DNA from: Microcoleus sp.
Lineage (GTDB): Bacteria; Cyanobacteriota; Cyanobacteriia; Cyanobacteriales; Microcoleaceae
Direction: 5' to 3'
DNA length: 64,000 nt
NCBI GenBank assembly: GCA_042408215.1
Contig: JAYFMW010000015.1
Location: 14,669 to 78,668 of the forward strand
Shown: positions 1 to 9,228 of the stretch, one piece after another
Numbering within the stretch: the stretch's first letter is position 1
Layout of the letters: every line of letters starts with the position of its first letter
The notes under the pieces: model-generated
Databases searched by the model: none
Told to the model about the DNA's origin: nothing
Seen by the model: only the letters and a program-made list of their open reading frames with translations
Position numbers and translations under genes: made by a program

Positions 1-114
1 CGGACGATAAGCCAGCATGAATCCTACTCGCTCGGTATGCGCTGATAGCCTTCCTAAAAGTACCATCGGATCAGGTATGTGAAAACTAAAGGCTGTTAAT
101 AAAGACTCGATTGG

Positions 115-141
115 GAGTTTGTCAGCGCAACTGACAAACTC
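115..141. terminator. Hairpin downstream of the minus-strand biosynthetic operon, possible terminator
   Basis: GAGTTTGTCAG-cgcaa-CTGACAAACTC, a perfect 11 bp stem about 200 bp past the GNAT stop. Confidence 0.4.
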
Positions 142-335
142 CAGATGAGTCTCAAGATTAATTCCGCCCGAACTATTTGCCTGAGATTCATTTTTCTTGG
201 CTAGTTCAAGGGATAATAACCAATGAAATTCTAATTGATTCGACATATTTGATAGCACCTTCAGAAATTAGTTTCACAGGATTTATATAGGTCTAAGAGG
301 ATGTTTGGAAAGTCAAATGTTCTTTTGCTCAACTC

Positions 336-1310
336 TCATAGGGATTTATCGCTCACGTTTTGAGTCTGCCATTCATACACCCAATACTCCAGTTCTTCAG
401 CTCGCTGGTATCCTGCGATATCCAGGGACTCAAAGATGCGATCGCTAATAGGAAACATCCCACCAACCGCCAGATAACCCTTGCAATAAGCAAAGGAGCG
501 TAACTCGCGCAGGAGAGTCGTTAAACCTTCATCCGTGCCATTGGCATAACCAAGCCACAAAGTTTGATGAGCGCCTTTCCACAATGCTTCATTAACTCCT
601 TCAAGGTAATCAATGGTATGGACAGGCATCTGAATAGCTAAAGCGAACATTTCATTGCCACGCTTTAGTCCCCATACTCGTCCTTCGTTGAGGTGATTCT
701 TCAGTTGCTCGCAAGTTAGTTCTTGCCACTTAGTGGGGTCATTAAGGTAAAGATACGACTCTCGTGTAAACAAGTTAGAACTTGTGACTAATGCCCAAGC
801 CGAATCAAAATCATCAATATCTAGATGTAACAGTTGTTTTACAGGAGAGTTTAGAGAGTCAGCTTTATAAGGAAAATAGCGACCGACTTTTTGACGACGT
901 TGCCACTTACTATACTTGTCTATGAAAACATTACTGGAGCAGGTGGAATAGCGTAAAACATTGATGTTTGTTTCTACAAAGAATCGCTCTATATGCTGCT
1001 CCAAAGTCAATAGCAGATGCAAACCTAGACCCTGCTGTCGATAATGAGGAGCTACTCGCAGACCTTGATACCAAGCTTCTCGCTCAGACATCAAGACGAA
1101 TCCTAAAATGCCTATCGGTAAACTATCTACTTCAACTACAAAGACCCGACTGTTGGGGTCAGCTAACCACTTGTTCCAACCCAAGGGGAGAAAGTCTGAT
1201 GAGTGTTGCCATGTCTGTTGGCAAATAGCCAGCACCGCCTCTTTGTCTTCAGCTCGTGCTAGGCGCACTTCTACGTCAGTAATTGTTTCTGTCTTAGCTT
1301 TTAATTCCAT
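336..1310 (-). CDS. GNAT-family N-acetyltransferase (N-terminal GNAT domain plus C-terminal domain)
   Basis: VRLARAEDKEAVLAI start; acetyl-CoA motif A LRVAPHYRQQGLG; overlaps upstream PLP gene by 10 bp. Confidence 0.85.
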   Translation of the reverse strand: MELKAKTETITDVEVRLARAEDKEAVLAICQQTWQHSSDFLPLGWNKWLADPNSRVFVVEVDSLPIGILGFVLMSEREAWYQGLRVAPHYRQQGLGLHLLLTLEQHIERFFVETNINVLRYSTCSSNVFIDKYSKWQRRQKVGRYFPYKADSLNSPVKQLLHLDIDDFDSAWALVTSSNLFTRESYLYLNDPTKWQELTCEQLKNHLNEGRVWGLKRGNEMFALAIQMPVHTIDYLEGVNEALWKGAHQTLWLGYANGTDEGLTTLLRELRSFAYCKGYLAVGGMFPISDRIFESLDIAGYQRAEELEYWVYEWQTQNVSDKSL

Positions 1311-2431
1311 TTTCGCAATGCTTTCTTAAGTAATTCAATTCCCTCAAGGATAGTTTCAGTTGGATAGCCAAGAGGAATTCTGACGTACCCGTCAGGAGAG
1401 GCTCTAAAAGTTCCAGAAGTTACCAGAACCAGCCCAAATTCAGTCAACATAAAGTCGGCAAATTCTTCAATATCTCGAACGGGAAGTTTGACAAAATACT
1501 GAAGTCCCCCTGCGGGATGCTCAAAGGCAATTTCAATCATCTGCGATAAAGCAGCACCAACAATTTCTCTATTCTTAACTACCCGTTCCACTAAGGATGG
1601 ATTGCCTCGTTTCAGAATTTTTAGCGCTTGTTGTTGAGCGGGAGAGCAGATCCCTAGGCTTTCAATCGTTAACAAAGCTGTTAACGATTGAATGTTATCC
1701 GAACTAGAAATAATCCAACCAATTCTAAGCCCAGGAGCGGAAAAATTTTTACTCATCGAGTTGACTACATAAAGATTTTTCCAATTCCCTTGCAGGGATA
1801 GAGGCTGGATGAGCTGATTTTCTTCAAAAACAAACTCATCATAAACTAGGTCTGCAATTAAACTAGCTTGACAGCTTTGGGCTAACTGCAAAAGCTTTCT
1901 AAGGCAATCTTCTGAAAGAATTTCTCCTGTGGGATTGTTCGGGGTGTTGACAAATATGACTCGAAGATTGTCTGTGACTTTTTCTTGTAAGCTAGACCAG
2001 TCTATCTGATTGTTTTCTACCGAGAAGTATTCAACCCTATAACCGCACGTTTGTAATAGTTCTGCAATGCACCAAAATATAGGTGCTTGACACAGTGCTA
2101 CAGCACCGGGACGGTAGAGAGAACGAAAGATGAGAGACAATCCATGTAAAGCACCATTGGTTACTAGCGCTTCCGAAGGTTGTACGTTGAGGTGATACTT
2201 AGAAAATTCCCGGTAACAAATGGCTTCGATGAGTTGGGAACTTCCCTGAGTCAATGGGTAATTTCCTACAAATGATAATTCACAGTTAAAATCATCAAAC
2301 TCCGTTTCTAACCATTGAGACGTGTTGCCAGTTATATTTATGGGATGTTTAATGAAACGATGAGCGTACTGGAGTCTTTGTACGACCAGAGAGGTAGGGG
2401 AATTTAAATCAACAACTCTAGTTTTTACCAT
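1301..2431 (-). CDS. PLP-dependent fold-type I (class I/II aminotransferase-like) enzyme; possibly a GntC/VioD-type cyclodehydratase
   Basis: TNGALHGL, NTPNNPTG, ADLVY, NSMSKNFSAPGLRIGW (PLP lysine), YVRIPLG; divergent N-terminus. Confidence 0.85.
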   Translation of the reverse strand: MVKTRVVDLNSPTSLVVQRLQYAHRFIKHPINITGNTSQWLETEFDDFNCELSFVGNYPLTQGSSQLIEAICYREFSKYHLNVQPSEALVTNGALHGLSLIFRSLYRPGAVALCQAPIFWCIAELLQTCGYRVEYFSVENNQIDWSSLQEKVTDNLRVIFVNTPNNPTGEILSEDCLRKLLQLAQSCQASLIADLVYDEFVFEENQLIQPLSLQGNWKNLYVVNSMSKNFSAPGLRIGWIISSSDNIQSLTALLTIESLGICSPAQQQALKILKRGNPSLVERVVKNREIVGAALSQMIEIAFEHPAGGLQYFVKLPVRDIEEFADFMLTEFGLVLVTSGTFRASPDGYVRIPLGYPTETILEGIELLKKALRKWN

Positions 2432-2465
2432 TTTATGAGCCTTATAATAGTTGCCTCAATCACTT

Positions 2466-2734
2466 TCTTGGCGTAAATACGAGTGCTAGTTGTGGCAATT
2501 CGTCCATTCAACCCCCATCGTGGTTTATCAGTCTTATTTTCCATAGTACACTGTTTTTCCGCCGGATTTAAAAGCTACCCAGAACATCTGATTATTCCAA
2601 CCAGTCGGTAATTGTTCTCTCCAGGTTTCTGGCAACCAACCATGAACAAACTTGAGTTTTGCCAGGATATAAAAGAAAGCCAGTTTAAGAGAAAACCTCC
2701 AATCAAATAAGGAAGAACTTGTTGTTGCTGTCAT
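2466..2734 (-). pseudogene. Internally deleted third copy of the Fe/2OG halogenase gene
   Basis: 2542-2734 is near-identical to the first ~64 codons of 6611..7825; 2466-2541 matches that gene's 3' region (KTDKSRWGLNGRIATTSTRIY) out of frame. Confidence 0.9.
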
Positions 2735-3004
2735 GTGTAAGTATCTTATATTTTATAGCTAGCAGGGCGACGAAAGAGGCTGAAAAGCATCCGTTGTTTT
2801 GGGTTTATATGTTTCGTATGCCTTCGGTCTACCTAAAATTTATAGAAACAACTTTATTCTCTAAGACTTCCCCTTCGGAACCGGGAAAAGGCACCTAAAT
2901 CCTATGTGCCTTTTCCAGAAAGAATTTCAAAATTTTAAAAACCTAAACAATGGACGAAACCTTTGGCCAGTACGCATTAGCAAAAATAAGGTGCGGTTGC
3001 CCTA

Positions 3005-4156
3005 TTAATCCTCGTCAATTGGATTGTCAAATCCGTAGTCTTCAAGTTGGCTATCCCGTCGTATATCGCAGGTGACGCAGTGAAATGAGCCGCCAAAACT
3101 ATAGACATGACGAAAAGCAACCGGAATGACTTCAAATCCTAAATCTTTGAATAATTTATGCATTGGCTCTTCTTGCTTTTCCACGATTACCCGCTTGGGA
3201 TCTAAGATCAAGATATTCATGGACAACCACGGGCCCGAACTATAAAGTGGATAATTATCGGGAATAGTGGGTTGCACGGCTGTCACAACATCCCATCCGG
3301 CTTTCTTAAAAATGTCGATTTGATAACAGGGTCTGTCGGGATTGGTTAAAACTAATCCAGGTCTTAGGGGTACAAATGTAGCATCTATATGGATTGGGTT
3401 TGAATCTCGGAACTTCAGTATATGAACCCGAAAGCGTTCACCCAGATGATTTCTGAGCCAAGTAATGCCTAGTTTATTGGTAACTTGACTGCGCTGAACA
3501 AATAAGTCTCGTCCGCAACGAGTAATATCAGCAGCATCAAAGCAAGGTTCAAACTCAGTTGTTACAAAACGCCCAACTTCTGCTAGTGCGTACCGATCTT
3601 CAACAGTTTCCATAGGATAGTCAAAGTCATACAATTCATCGCTCATTAAAGGTTTGGGAGCTGTCGTCCATTTAGCACCCTGTTTCAAATATTCCTTCAT
3701 TAAAGACCGATAAGCTCGATATTCAAAAAACCTTGATCGCCACGCCATTGGCGCTTCAATAATCTCATTGCCGATAACAGTTAGTATATCTCGCGGCATA
3801 ACGGCATGCAGACCTGTGGCTTCAAAATCTGGAGTTTTATAGCTCTCAGAAAAATCAATAATATCCGGTCGCCTTACAGTTACCCCTTCTCCTTCCAAAA
3901 CCCGGCAAAACTCCTCCAATTCCTTTGATGCTGGTTCTATCATTTCTTGAGGGTATGGACAACCACCATACTTTTGGAAAAACCACCAGTTTTTAGGATT
4001 TGAACTTGCTTTGAGGGGAACATCGAACTGAGGAACACAGGCTCCCTCAACGCGACCCACAATAATTTCTTGCAGCGTATCCCATTCATTGTAGCTATTA
4101 ACTATTGGCAGGGTTTTAGTGGAAGTCAAGCTTTTGGGATGATTGTTTTTCAACAT
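3005..4156 (-). CDS. L-arginine-dependent amidinotransferase (glycine amidinotransferase/AGAT-like)
   Basis: [28 protein letters not shown] (Asp), HIDATF (His), [10 protein letters not shown] (Cys): catalytic triad present. Confidence 0.95.
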   Translation of the reverse strand: MLKNNHPKSLTSTKTLPIVNSYNEWDTLQEIIVGRVEGACVPQFDVPLKASSNPKNWWFFQKYGGCPYPQEMIEPASKELEEFCRVLEGEGVTVRRPDIIDFSESYKTPDFEATGLHAVMPRDILTVIGNEIIEAPMAWRSRFFEYRAYRSLMKEYLKQGAKWTTAPKPLMSDELYDFDYPMETVEDRYALAEVGRFVTTEFEPCFDAADITRCGRDLFVQRSQVTNKLGITWLRNHLGERFRVHILKFRDSNPIHIDATFVPLRPGLVLTNPDRPCYQIDIFKKAGWDVVTAVQPTIPDNYPLYSSGPWLSMNILILDPKRVIVEKQEEPMHKLFKDLGFEVIPVAFRHVYSFGGSFHCVTCDIRRDSQLEDYGFDNPIDED

Positions 4157-4247
4157 TATATTGTCCTCGTAATAAAATACATTTGCAAAAACTGGGCTTA
4201 AAAATGCTCATGTCTTACGGAAGCATGAATATTTTCTATTTCTCAAA

Positions 4248-5321
4248 TTAGAGGTTTTTCTTAACATCTAACCTGGCAGTTTTCTTGCCCCTATCTAACT
4301 GATTTACTTGCCGAATTTCTAGCATTTTTGCTAACGCTATAACTTGCCTAAATAAACTAACCCAACCCTTTTCTTTATTTCGAGAGGCGTAAACTTTATC
4401 TTTCAGCAAAATCTGGTGCGCTTGCTTGTACTGCCACGAAGGAATACCAGGAAAAAGATGATGCAATAAGTGATAACCTTCCCAATGCATTCCTAAGAAA
4501 AAATTAGCCACGGGAGAACAAAGCCGATTTCGGGACATAAACAAATCAACCAATTTTAGATTTTCCATCCTGCCTTCAGTTTCCTCCGGAGTTACTTCCA
4601 TTAACGGGTAATGCTCGAACAACTCAATAAACGCTCCAATCCAATTAGCCGTTGTTAGCAGAGGAACCCACCAAAACAGCAGTAACAACCACCCCCAGCC
4701 CAGCCAGATAAACAGTGAATTCAACACAATCATATAGACTAGGCGCACTAGCTTCTCTCGAAATTCCTCCTGCGAATTCAAGATTCTGTTTTTGAGTAAA
4801 TAGCGCAGGTAAATCAGAGTGGTTGCTGGGTGAACAATGTTCCATAAATAGCGGCGCACGTTGTTAGCTTCTAAATTCGCTCCGTACAACCCACTCTCCT
4901 GTAACCCAACGTAATCTGGGTCTAGCTTGGAGTGCCCCAAATGACCGTGATGCTGGAAAACGTGGGAGGAGCGATAACCTGAATAACTTTGCAACACCAG
5001 ATAACCCGAAGGAAACGTCCCCAAGACAAAATTGAGTGCTTTATTCTTTGCCAAGGTTTTGTGCGTTGACTGGTGGAGTAAATCTGCTAAAGCACGCATC
5101 CTGCCACCAATGATCAAAATCGCAACTAAGTAAACCATTTCGCCTACGACTCGTGGCCAGTGCTGCCACGTTAACCAAGAAGCAAGCGTTGCAAGAGCAA
5201 TAATCGCCCAATCTTCAGCGAGTTGCACGAACCCGTGCCAATTATCAAGCTCAAAGCAACAACTTAACTCTCTGAAGATTGCGGCGTCGAAGCGATAACG
5301 CTTAATTTTTATCATTAGCAA
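4248..5321 (-). CDS. Membrane di-iron fatty-acid-desaturase-family enzyme (desaturase or amino-acid hydroxylase; GntB-like is possible)
   Basis: His boxes HQSTH, HVFQHH, EH, HLLHH; several transmembrane segments; probable start ATG at 5315. Confidence 0.85.
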   Translation of the reverse strand: MLMIKIKRYRFDAAIFRELSCCFELDNWHGFVQLAEDWAIIALATLASWLTWQHWPRVVGEMVYLVAILIIGGRMRALADLLHQSTHKTLAKNKALNFVLGTFPSGYLVLQSYSGYRSSHVFQHHGHLGHSKLDPDYVGLQESGLYGANLEANNVRRYLWNIVHPATTLIYLRYLLKNRILNSQEEFREKLVRLVYMIVLNSLFIWLGWGWLLLLFWWVPLLTTANWIGAFIELFEHYPLMEVTPEETEGRMENLKLVDLFMSRNRLCSPVANFFLGMHWEGYHLLHHLFPGIPSWQYKQAHQILLKDKVYASRNKEKGWVSLFRQVIALAKMLEIRQVNQLDRGKKTARLDVKKNL

Positions 5322-5327
5322 CAGTTC

Positions 5328-6527
5328 CTATTTAGTCGAAGCAGAGTCAAGCCTCTTTTCTAATTTTTCTGTGTATCTGTTATATCCAAAACGATCTTCA
5401 CCTCTGAGCAGAACTGCTCTCCACTTGTCCAAATTAATGTTTTTGAGATGTAAGTACTTGTTATGATGCAACCCTCCTAACATTTTCTTGGTGTAAATAC
5501 GAGTGCTAGTTGTGGCAATCCGCCCATTCAATCCCCATCGTGATTTATCAGTCTTATTTTTGAGGGAACCGTGAATCACTCGCTCAGTAAACAGATAAAA
5601 CTGCCCAGCTTTCATTTCGATGTAATGGGGTTGTGGCAACTCGCCTGGGTAATCGATCTGAAGATCCGGCGCACCCTCTAGGTTGGCTGTCTCTACGTTG
5701 ATCGGATAAATTTCATTAGTTCCGGGCAGAATCATCATGCAGCCATTCTCTTTGTTGGCATCGGTTAAAGCAATCCAGCAGGTTAGTTGGTAAAGCTCCT
5801 CATGGTCTTCTGGAGTCACTATCGATTCTTGCTGATTTAGCAAAAACCAAGTGCTGGCTTGATGTAATGTTGTTTCCTGACCGGGCTGAACTTCAAAAAA
5901 TTTAGTTCTCCACAAAAGAAGATTCGGTCCTAAAAGTTGAGCCGCTCGTTCAGTAATCGCAGGATGTTTAAACAGATTTAATAATCGATTGTTATCTAAA
6001 TGACGATCGATTTTATTGATCGTATAGAAAAAATGTTTTTTATATTCTTCTGTCAATTCTAGTTTCCAAGGTGTCACTTCTAAACCACTTCTACCAGTCG
6101 TGTCAAATTCATAATCTCCGGCAGTGAAAGAAAAATGTTGTGATTCAGTTTCCAGCAAGAAATTGACGAGATATTGCTGCAACTCCTCCATTTCATCTGA
6201 AGGTAGTAAATCGAATGGGCCGACATAGCCATTCTCATAGAAACCACGGATCTGTTCCTCAGTCATCTGAAATTCAGGGGCAACCGATGCTTTAGGTTTG
6301 TAAGATTTCGGTTCTTTTAATCGGCAATAGTAATCATAGTATGCTGTTTTCCCGCCGGATTTAAAAGCCACCCAGAACATCTGATTATTCCAACCAGTCG
6401 GTAATTGTTCTCTCATTTTTTCTGGCAACCAACCATGAATAAACTTGAGGTTGGCCAGGATATAAAAAACACCCAGTTTAAGGGAAAACTTCCAATTAAA
6501 TAAGGAAAAATTTGTTGTTGCAGTCAT
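5328..6527 (-). CDS. Fe(II)/2-oxoglutarate enzyme, SyrB2/CmaB/BarB-like putative halogenase, copy 2
   Basis: ENGYVGPFD, WRTKFF, HQAST (H-x-A), WIALTDANKENGC, KAGQFYLF...IHGS...R. Confidence 0.8.
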   Translation of the reverse strand: MTATTNFSLFNWKFSLKLGVFYILANLKFIHGWLPEKMREQLPTGWNNQMFWVAFKSGGKTAYYDYYCRLKEPKSYKPKASVAPEFQMTEEQIRGFYENGYVGPFDLLPSDEMEELQQYLVNFLLETESQHFSFTAGDYEFDTTGRSGLEVTPWKLELTEEYKKHFFYTINKIDRHLDNNRLLNLFKHPAITERAAQLLGPNLLLWRTKFFEVQPGQETTLHQASTWFLLNQQESIVTPEDHEELYQLTCWIALTDANKENGCMMILPGTNEIYPINVETANLEGAPDLQIDYPGELPQPHYIEMKAGQFYLFTERVIHGSLKNKTDKSRWGLNGRIATTSTRIYTKKMLGGLHHNKYLHLKNINLDKWRAVLLRGEDRFGYNRYTEKLEKRLDSASTK

Positions 6528-6610
6528 GTGTCAGTCTCCTATATTTTCTAGTTAATGGGCGATGAAAAGGCTGAAAAGCTTACGAAGTAATCAAGTATCG
6601 ATATCATTTC

Positions 6611-7825
6611 CTACTTAGTCGAAGCAGAGGCAAGCTTTTTCTCCAATTTTTCTGTGTATCTGTTGTATCCCAAACTATCTTCACCTCTTAGCAGAACAAC
6701 TTTCCACTTATCCAAATTAATGTTCTTCACCTTTGAGTACCTGTTGCGATAGAATCCTTCTAACATTTTCTTGGTGTAAATGCGAGTGCTAGTTGTAGCA
6801 ATCCGTCCATTCAATCCCCATCGTGATTTATCAGTCTTATTTTCGACGGAACCGTGAATCACTCGCTCAGTAAACAGATAAAACTGCCCAGCTTTCATTT
6901 CGATGTAATGGGGTTGTGGCAACTCGCCTGGGTAATCGAGCTTGGCATCCCGATTGCCATAAATACCACTCATCCCATCCTGGGTGACTTCCCCTACCTT
7001 GATGGGATAAATCTCCTTATGAGTCCCTGGGAAAATCATCATGCACCCATTCTCTTTGTTGGCATCGGTTACAGCAATCCAGCAGGTTAATTGGTACAGA
7101 TACTCATGGTCTTCTGGATACATTATCGATTCTTGCTGATTGGCAAAAAACGTGCTGGCTTGATGTAATTTTGTTGCCAAACCGGGTTGAATTCCAAAAA
7201 ATTTAGTTCTCCACAAAAGAAGATTCGGTCCTAAAAGTTGAGCCGCTCGTTCAGTAATCGCCGGATGCTTAAACAAATTCATTAATCGATCTTCTTCTAA
7301 ATGACGATCAAACTCATTCATCGCATTGACAATATATTTTTGATAGTCTTCAGTGATTTCTTGATTCCAAGCTGTCAATAAATCATCTTTCTTAGTCGTG
7401 TCAAATTCATAATCTCCTGCCGTGAAAGAAAAACATTTTGATTCAGTTTTCAGCAATGAATTGACGAGATATTCCCGCAAATTATCCATTTCATCTGGAG
7501 GTAGTAAATCGAATGGGCCGACATAGCCATTCTCATAGAAACCACGGATCTGTTTCTCAGTGAGCTGAAATTCGGGGGCTACCGATGCTCTAGGTTTGTA
7601 AGATTTTGGTTCTTTCAACCGACAATAGTACTCATAGTACACTGTTTTCCCGCCGGATTTAAAAGCCACCCAGAACATCTGATTATTCCAACCAGTCGGT
7701 AATTGTTCTCTCCAGGTTTCTGGCAACCAACCATGAATAAACTTGATTTTTGCCAGAATATAAAAGAAAGCCAGTTTTAGAGAAAAATTCCAATCAAAGA
7801 AGGAAGAAGTTGTTGTTGCAGTCAT
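6611..7825 (-). CDS. Fe(II)/2-oxoglutarate enzyme, SyrB2/CmaB/BarB-like putative halogenase, copy 1
   Basis: Paralogue of 5328..6527; HQASTFFAN resembles SyrB2 HQADTFAN; distal His and 2OG-binding Arg retained. Confidence 0.8.
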   Translation of the reverse strand: MTATTTSSFFDWNFSLKLAFFYILAKIKFIHGWLPETWREQLPTGWNNQMFWVAFKSGGKTVYYEYYCRLKEPKSYKPRASVAPEFQLTEKQIRGFYENGYVGPFDLLPPDEMDNLREYLVNSLLKTESKCFSFTAGDYEFDTTKKDDLLTAWNQEITEDYQKYIVNAMNEFDRHLEEDRLMNLFKHPAITERAAQLLGPNLLLWRTKFFGIQPGLATKLHQASTFFANQQESIMYPEDHEYLYQLTCWIAVTDANKENGCMMIFPGTHKEIYPIKVGEVTQDGMSGIYGNRDAKLDYPGELPQPHYIEMKAGQFYLFTERVIHGSVENKTDKSRWGLNGRIATTSTRIYTKKMLEGFYRNRYSKVKNINLDKWKVVLLRGEDSLGYNRYTEKLEKKLASASTK

Positions 7826-7878
7826 GTGTAATTCTCCTAAATTTTATATCTAGCGGGGCAATTTGTTCATGTTGGAAT

Positions 7879-9228
7879 TCATTGAAGAACTTCCTGTTCT
7901 AAAAGATACTGAAGCGCCTCAATGACTCGGTAGGCTGAAAGCTTGCGCGAGGTTTGGGTGAGAAATTCAGAAACCACATCGCTGGCTTTTTTGGAGGCGG
8001 TACACAACTGACAAAGCAATCGCAAATCTTTGGCTGGTAAATACATATTTAACCTTAATTTGCTGGCGATTTGAGGCGATTCTCGAAAACTCAGGAGTTT
8101 TGAGGGTGAAAGTGTAATTTGACCTCTTCTTGGTTGCCAGAAAGGGGAGTTGGGCCAACGGGTTTCTTGGGCATAGTATTTGCACCTATCTTGCAAATAA
8201 ACTTCAAACTGATGCAGAGTTTGAGATTCGTATGCGGCAAGAGCGTCCCGATCGCCGTCAAAATAACGGGCGATCGCAAAGGCAGCCTTAATTCCTGACT
8301 GTAAAGCCTTGTAAATGCCAGCAGAAGAAAGCGGGTCAAGAGTACAAGCCGCATCTCCAACAGCCAGCCAGCCATGACCTGTCATCCGATCTAAGTACTG
8401 GGAAAAGGCGGGCTGAATCAAAAGCCTGGATTGAGAAGAGGCGTGAGAGGTTAACTCCTGAATATACTGCGTTTTCTTTAAATAAGCTGTCCAGGTTTCT
8501 GGCCGGAAGAGCTTATGTTTTCGCAGCAGTTCGCTATCGGTCATTAAGGTGATGATCGCACGGTCATTAGGCAGACGGGCGGCGTACCACCAGCCAAATT
8601 CCGTTGCTTCTACCAAAGTGTGGTAATTTTTTGGAGCCTCTTTTTCCCAGGTAAACACTGAGGCAACAGCGAGCAGGCGATCCATCCTGACTTTGTGTGC
8701 CCCAACCCTGGTGGCTAAAATACTTCGATGTCCGCTCGCATCGACTACGAAGGTCGTTGTCACCTGGAATTGGCAACCGTTTTTGGTTCGCAGTGTCAGT
8801 CTCCATTTGCGATCGGCAAGTTGGTTACAGCCTACCACTGTTGTCTCCCGCATTAAAATCGTACCACATTCCTCTGCTGCATTAGCCAGCGCTTTATTGA
8901 ATCTTGCCCGATTCAGATGCCAACCGTTCCCCCCAGGATAGAAAAAGAAATCCTGAAATCCCAATTGGGTTCCACCCCATGCAGAACTATTTCCCAATGA
9001 GGGGAGGTGACCATCTCGTTCAAAGGAATCAAGCACTCCTAATTGCCCTAAAACAGTTCGTATATTGGGGGGAACTGTTTCACCAATGCGAAAGTCATCC
9101 AGGCGGGATTTTTCTAGGAGGGCAACGCGCTTTTCCCCTTGCTTTTGCAGAGCGATCGCGGTTGCTGCTCCGGCGACACCACCACCGACGATCGCCAGAT
9201 CGATTTCTGGTGGCAGATTGTTATTCAT
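7879..9228 (-). CDS. lodB: LodB/GoxB-type flavoprotein (CTQ maturase)
   Basis: GGGVAG Rossmann motif, RIGETVPP, VVDASG, GWWYAA, AVGDAACTLDPLSSAGI; overlaps the 3' end of the LodA-like gene. Confidence 0.85.
   Translation of the reverse strand: MNNNLPPEIDLAIVGGGVAGAATAIALQKQGEKRVALLEKSRLDDFRIGETVPPNIRTVLGQLGVLDSFERDGHLPSLGNSSAWGGTQLGFQDFFFYPGGNGWHLNRARFNKALANAAEECGTILMRETTVVGCNQLADRKWRLTLRTKNGCQFQVTTTFVVDASGHRSILATRVGAHKVRMDRLLAVASVFTWEKEAPKNYHTLVEATEFGWWYAARLPNDRAIITLMTDSELLRKHKLFRPETWTAYLKKTQYIQELTSHASSQSRLLIQPAFSQYLDRMTGHGWLAVGDAACTLDPLSSAGIYKALQSGIKAAFAIARYFDGDRDALAAYESQTLHQFEVYLQDRCKYYAQETRWPNSPFWQPRRGQITLSPSKLLSFRESPQIASKLRLNMYLPAKDLRLLCQLCTASKKASDVVSEFLTQTSRKLSAYRVIEALQYLLEQEVLQ

Noticed and set aside
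1..110. Possible IS end or structured RNA at the window edge
   Set aside because: Too little sequence and no partner repeat or ORF to support a call
2534..2734. 66 aa ORF ending SGG-KTVYYGK as a double-glycine RiPP precursor
   Set aside because: It is the 5' end of a halogenase paralogue joined to that gene's 3' region by deletion; the GG is present in both full-length enzymes; no C39 peptidase transporter is nearby
7879..9228. Flavin-dependent tryptophan halogenase
   Set aside because: Has GWWYAA rather than the WxWxIP motif and overlaps a LodA gene, which fits LodB
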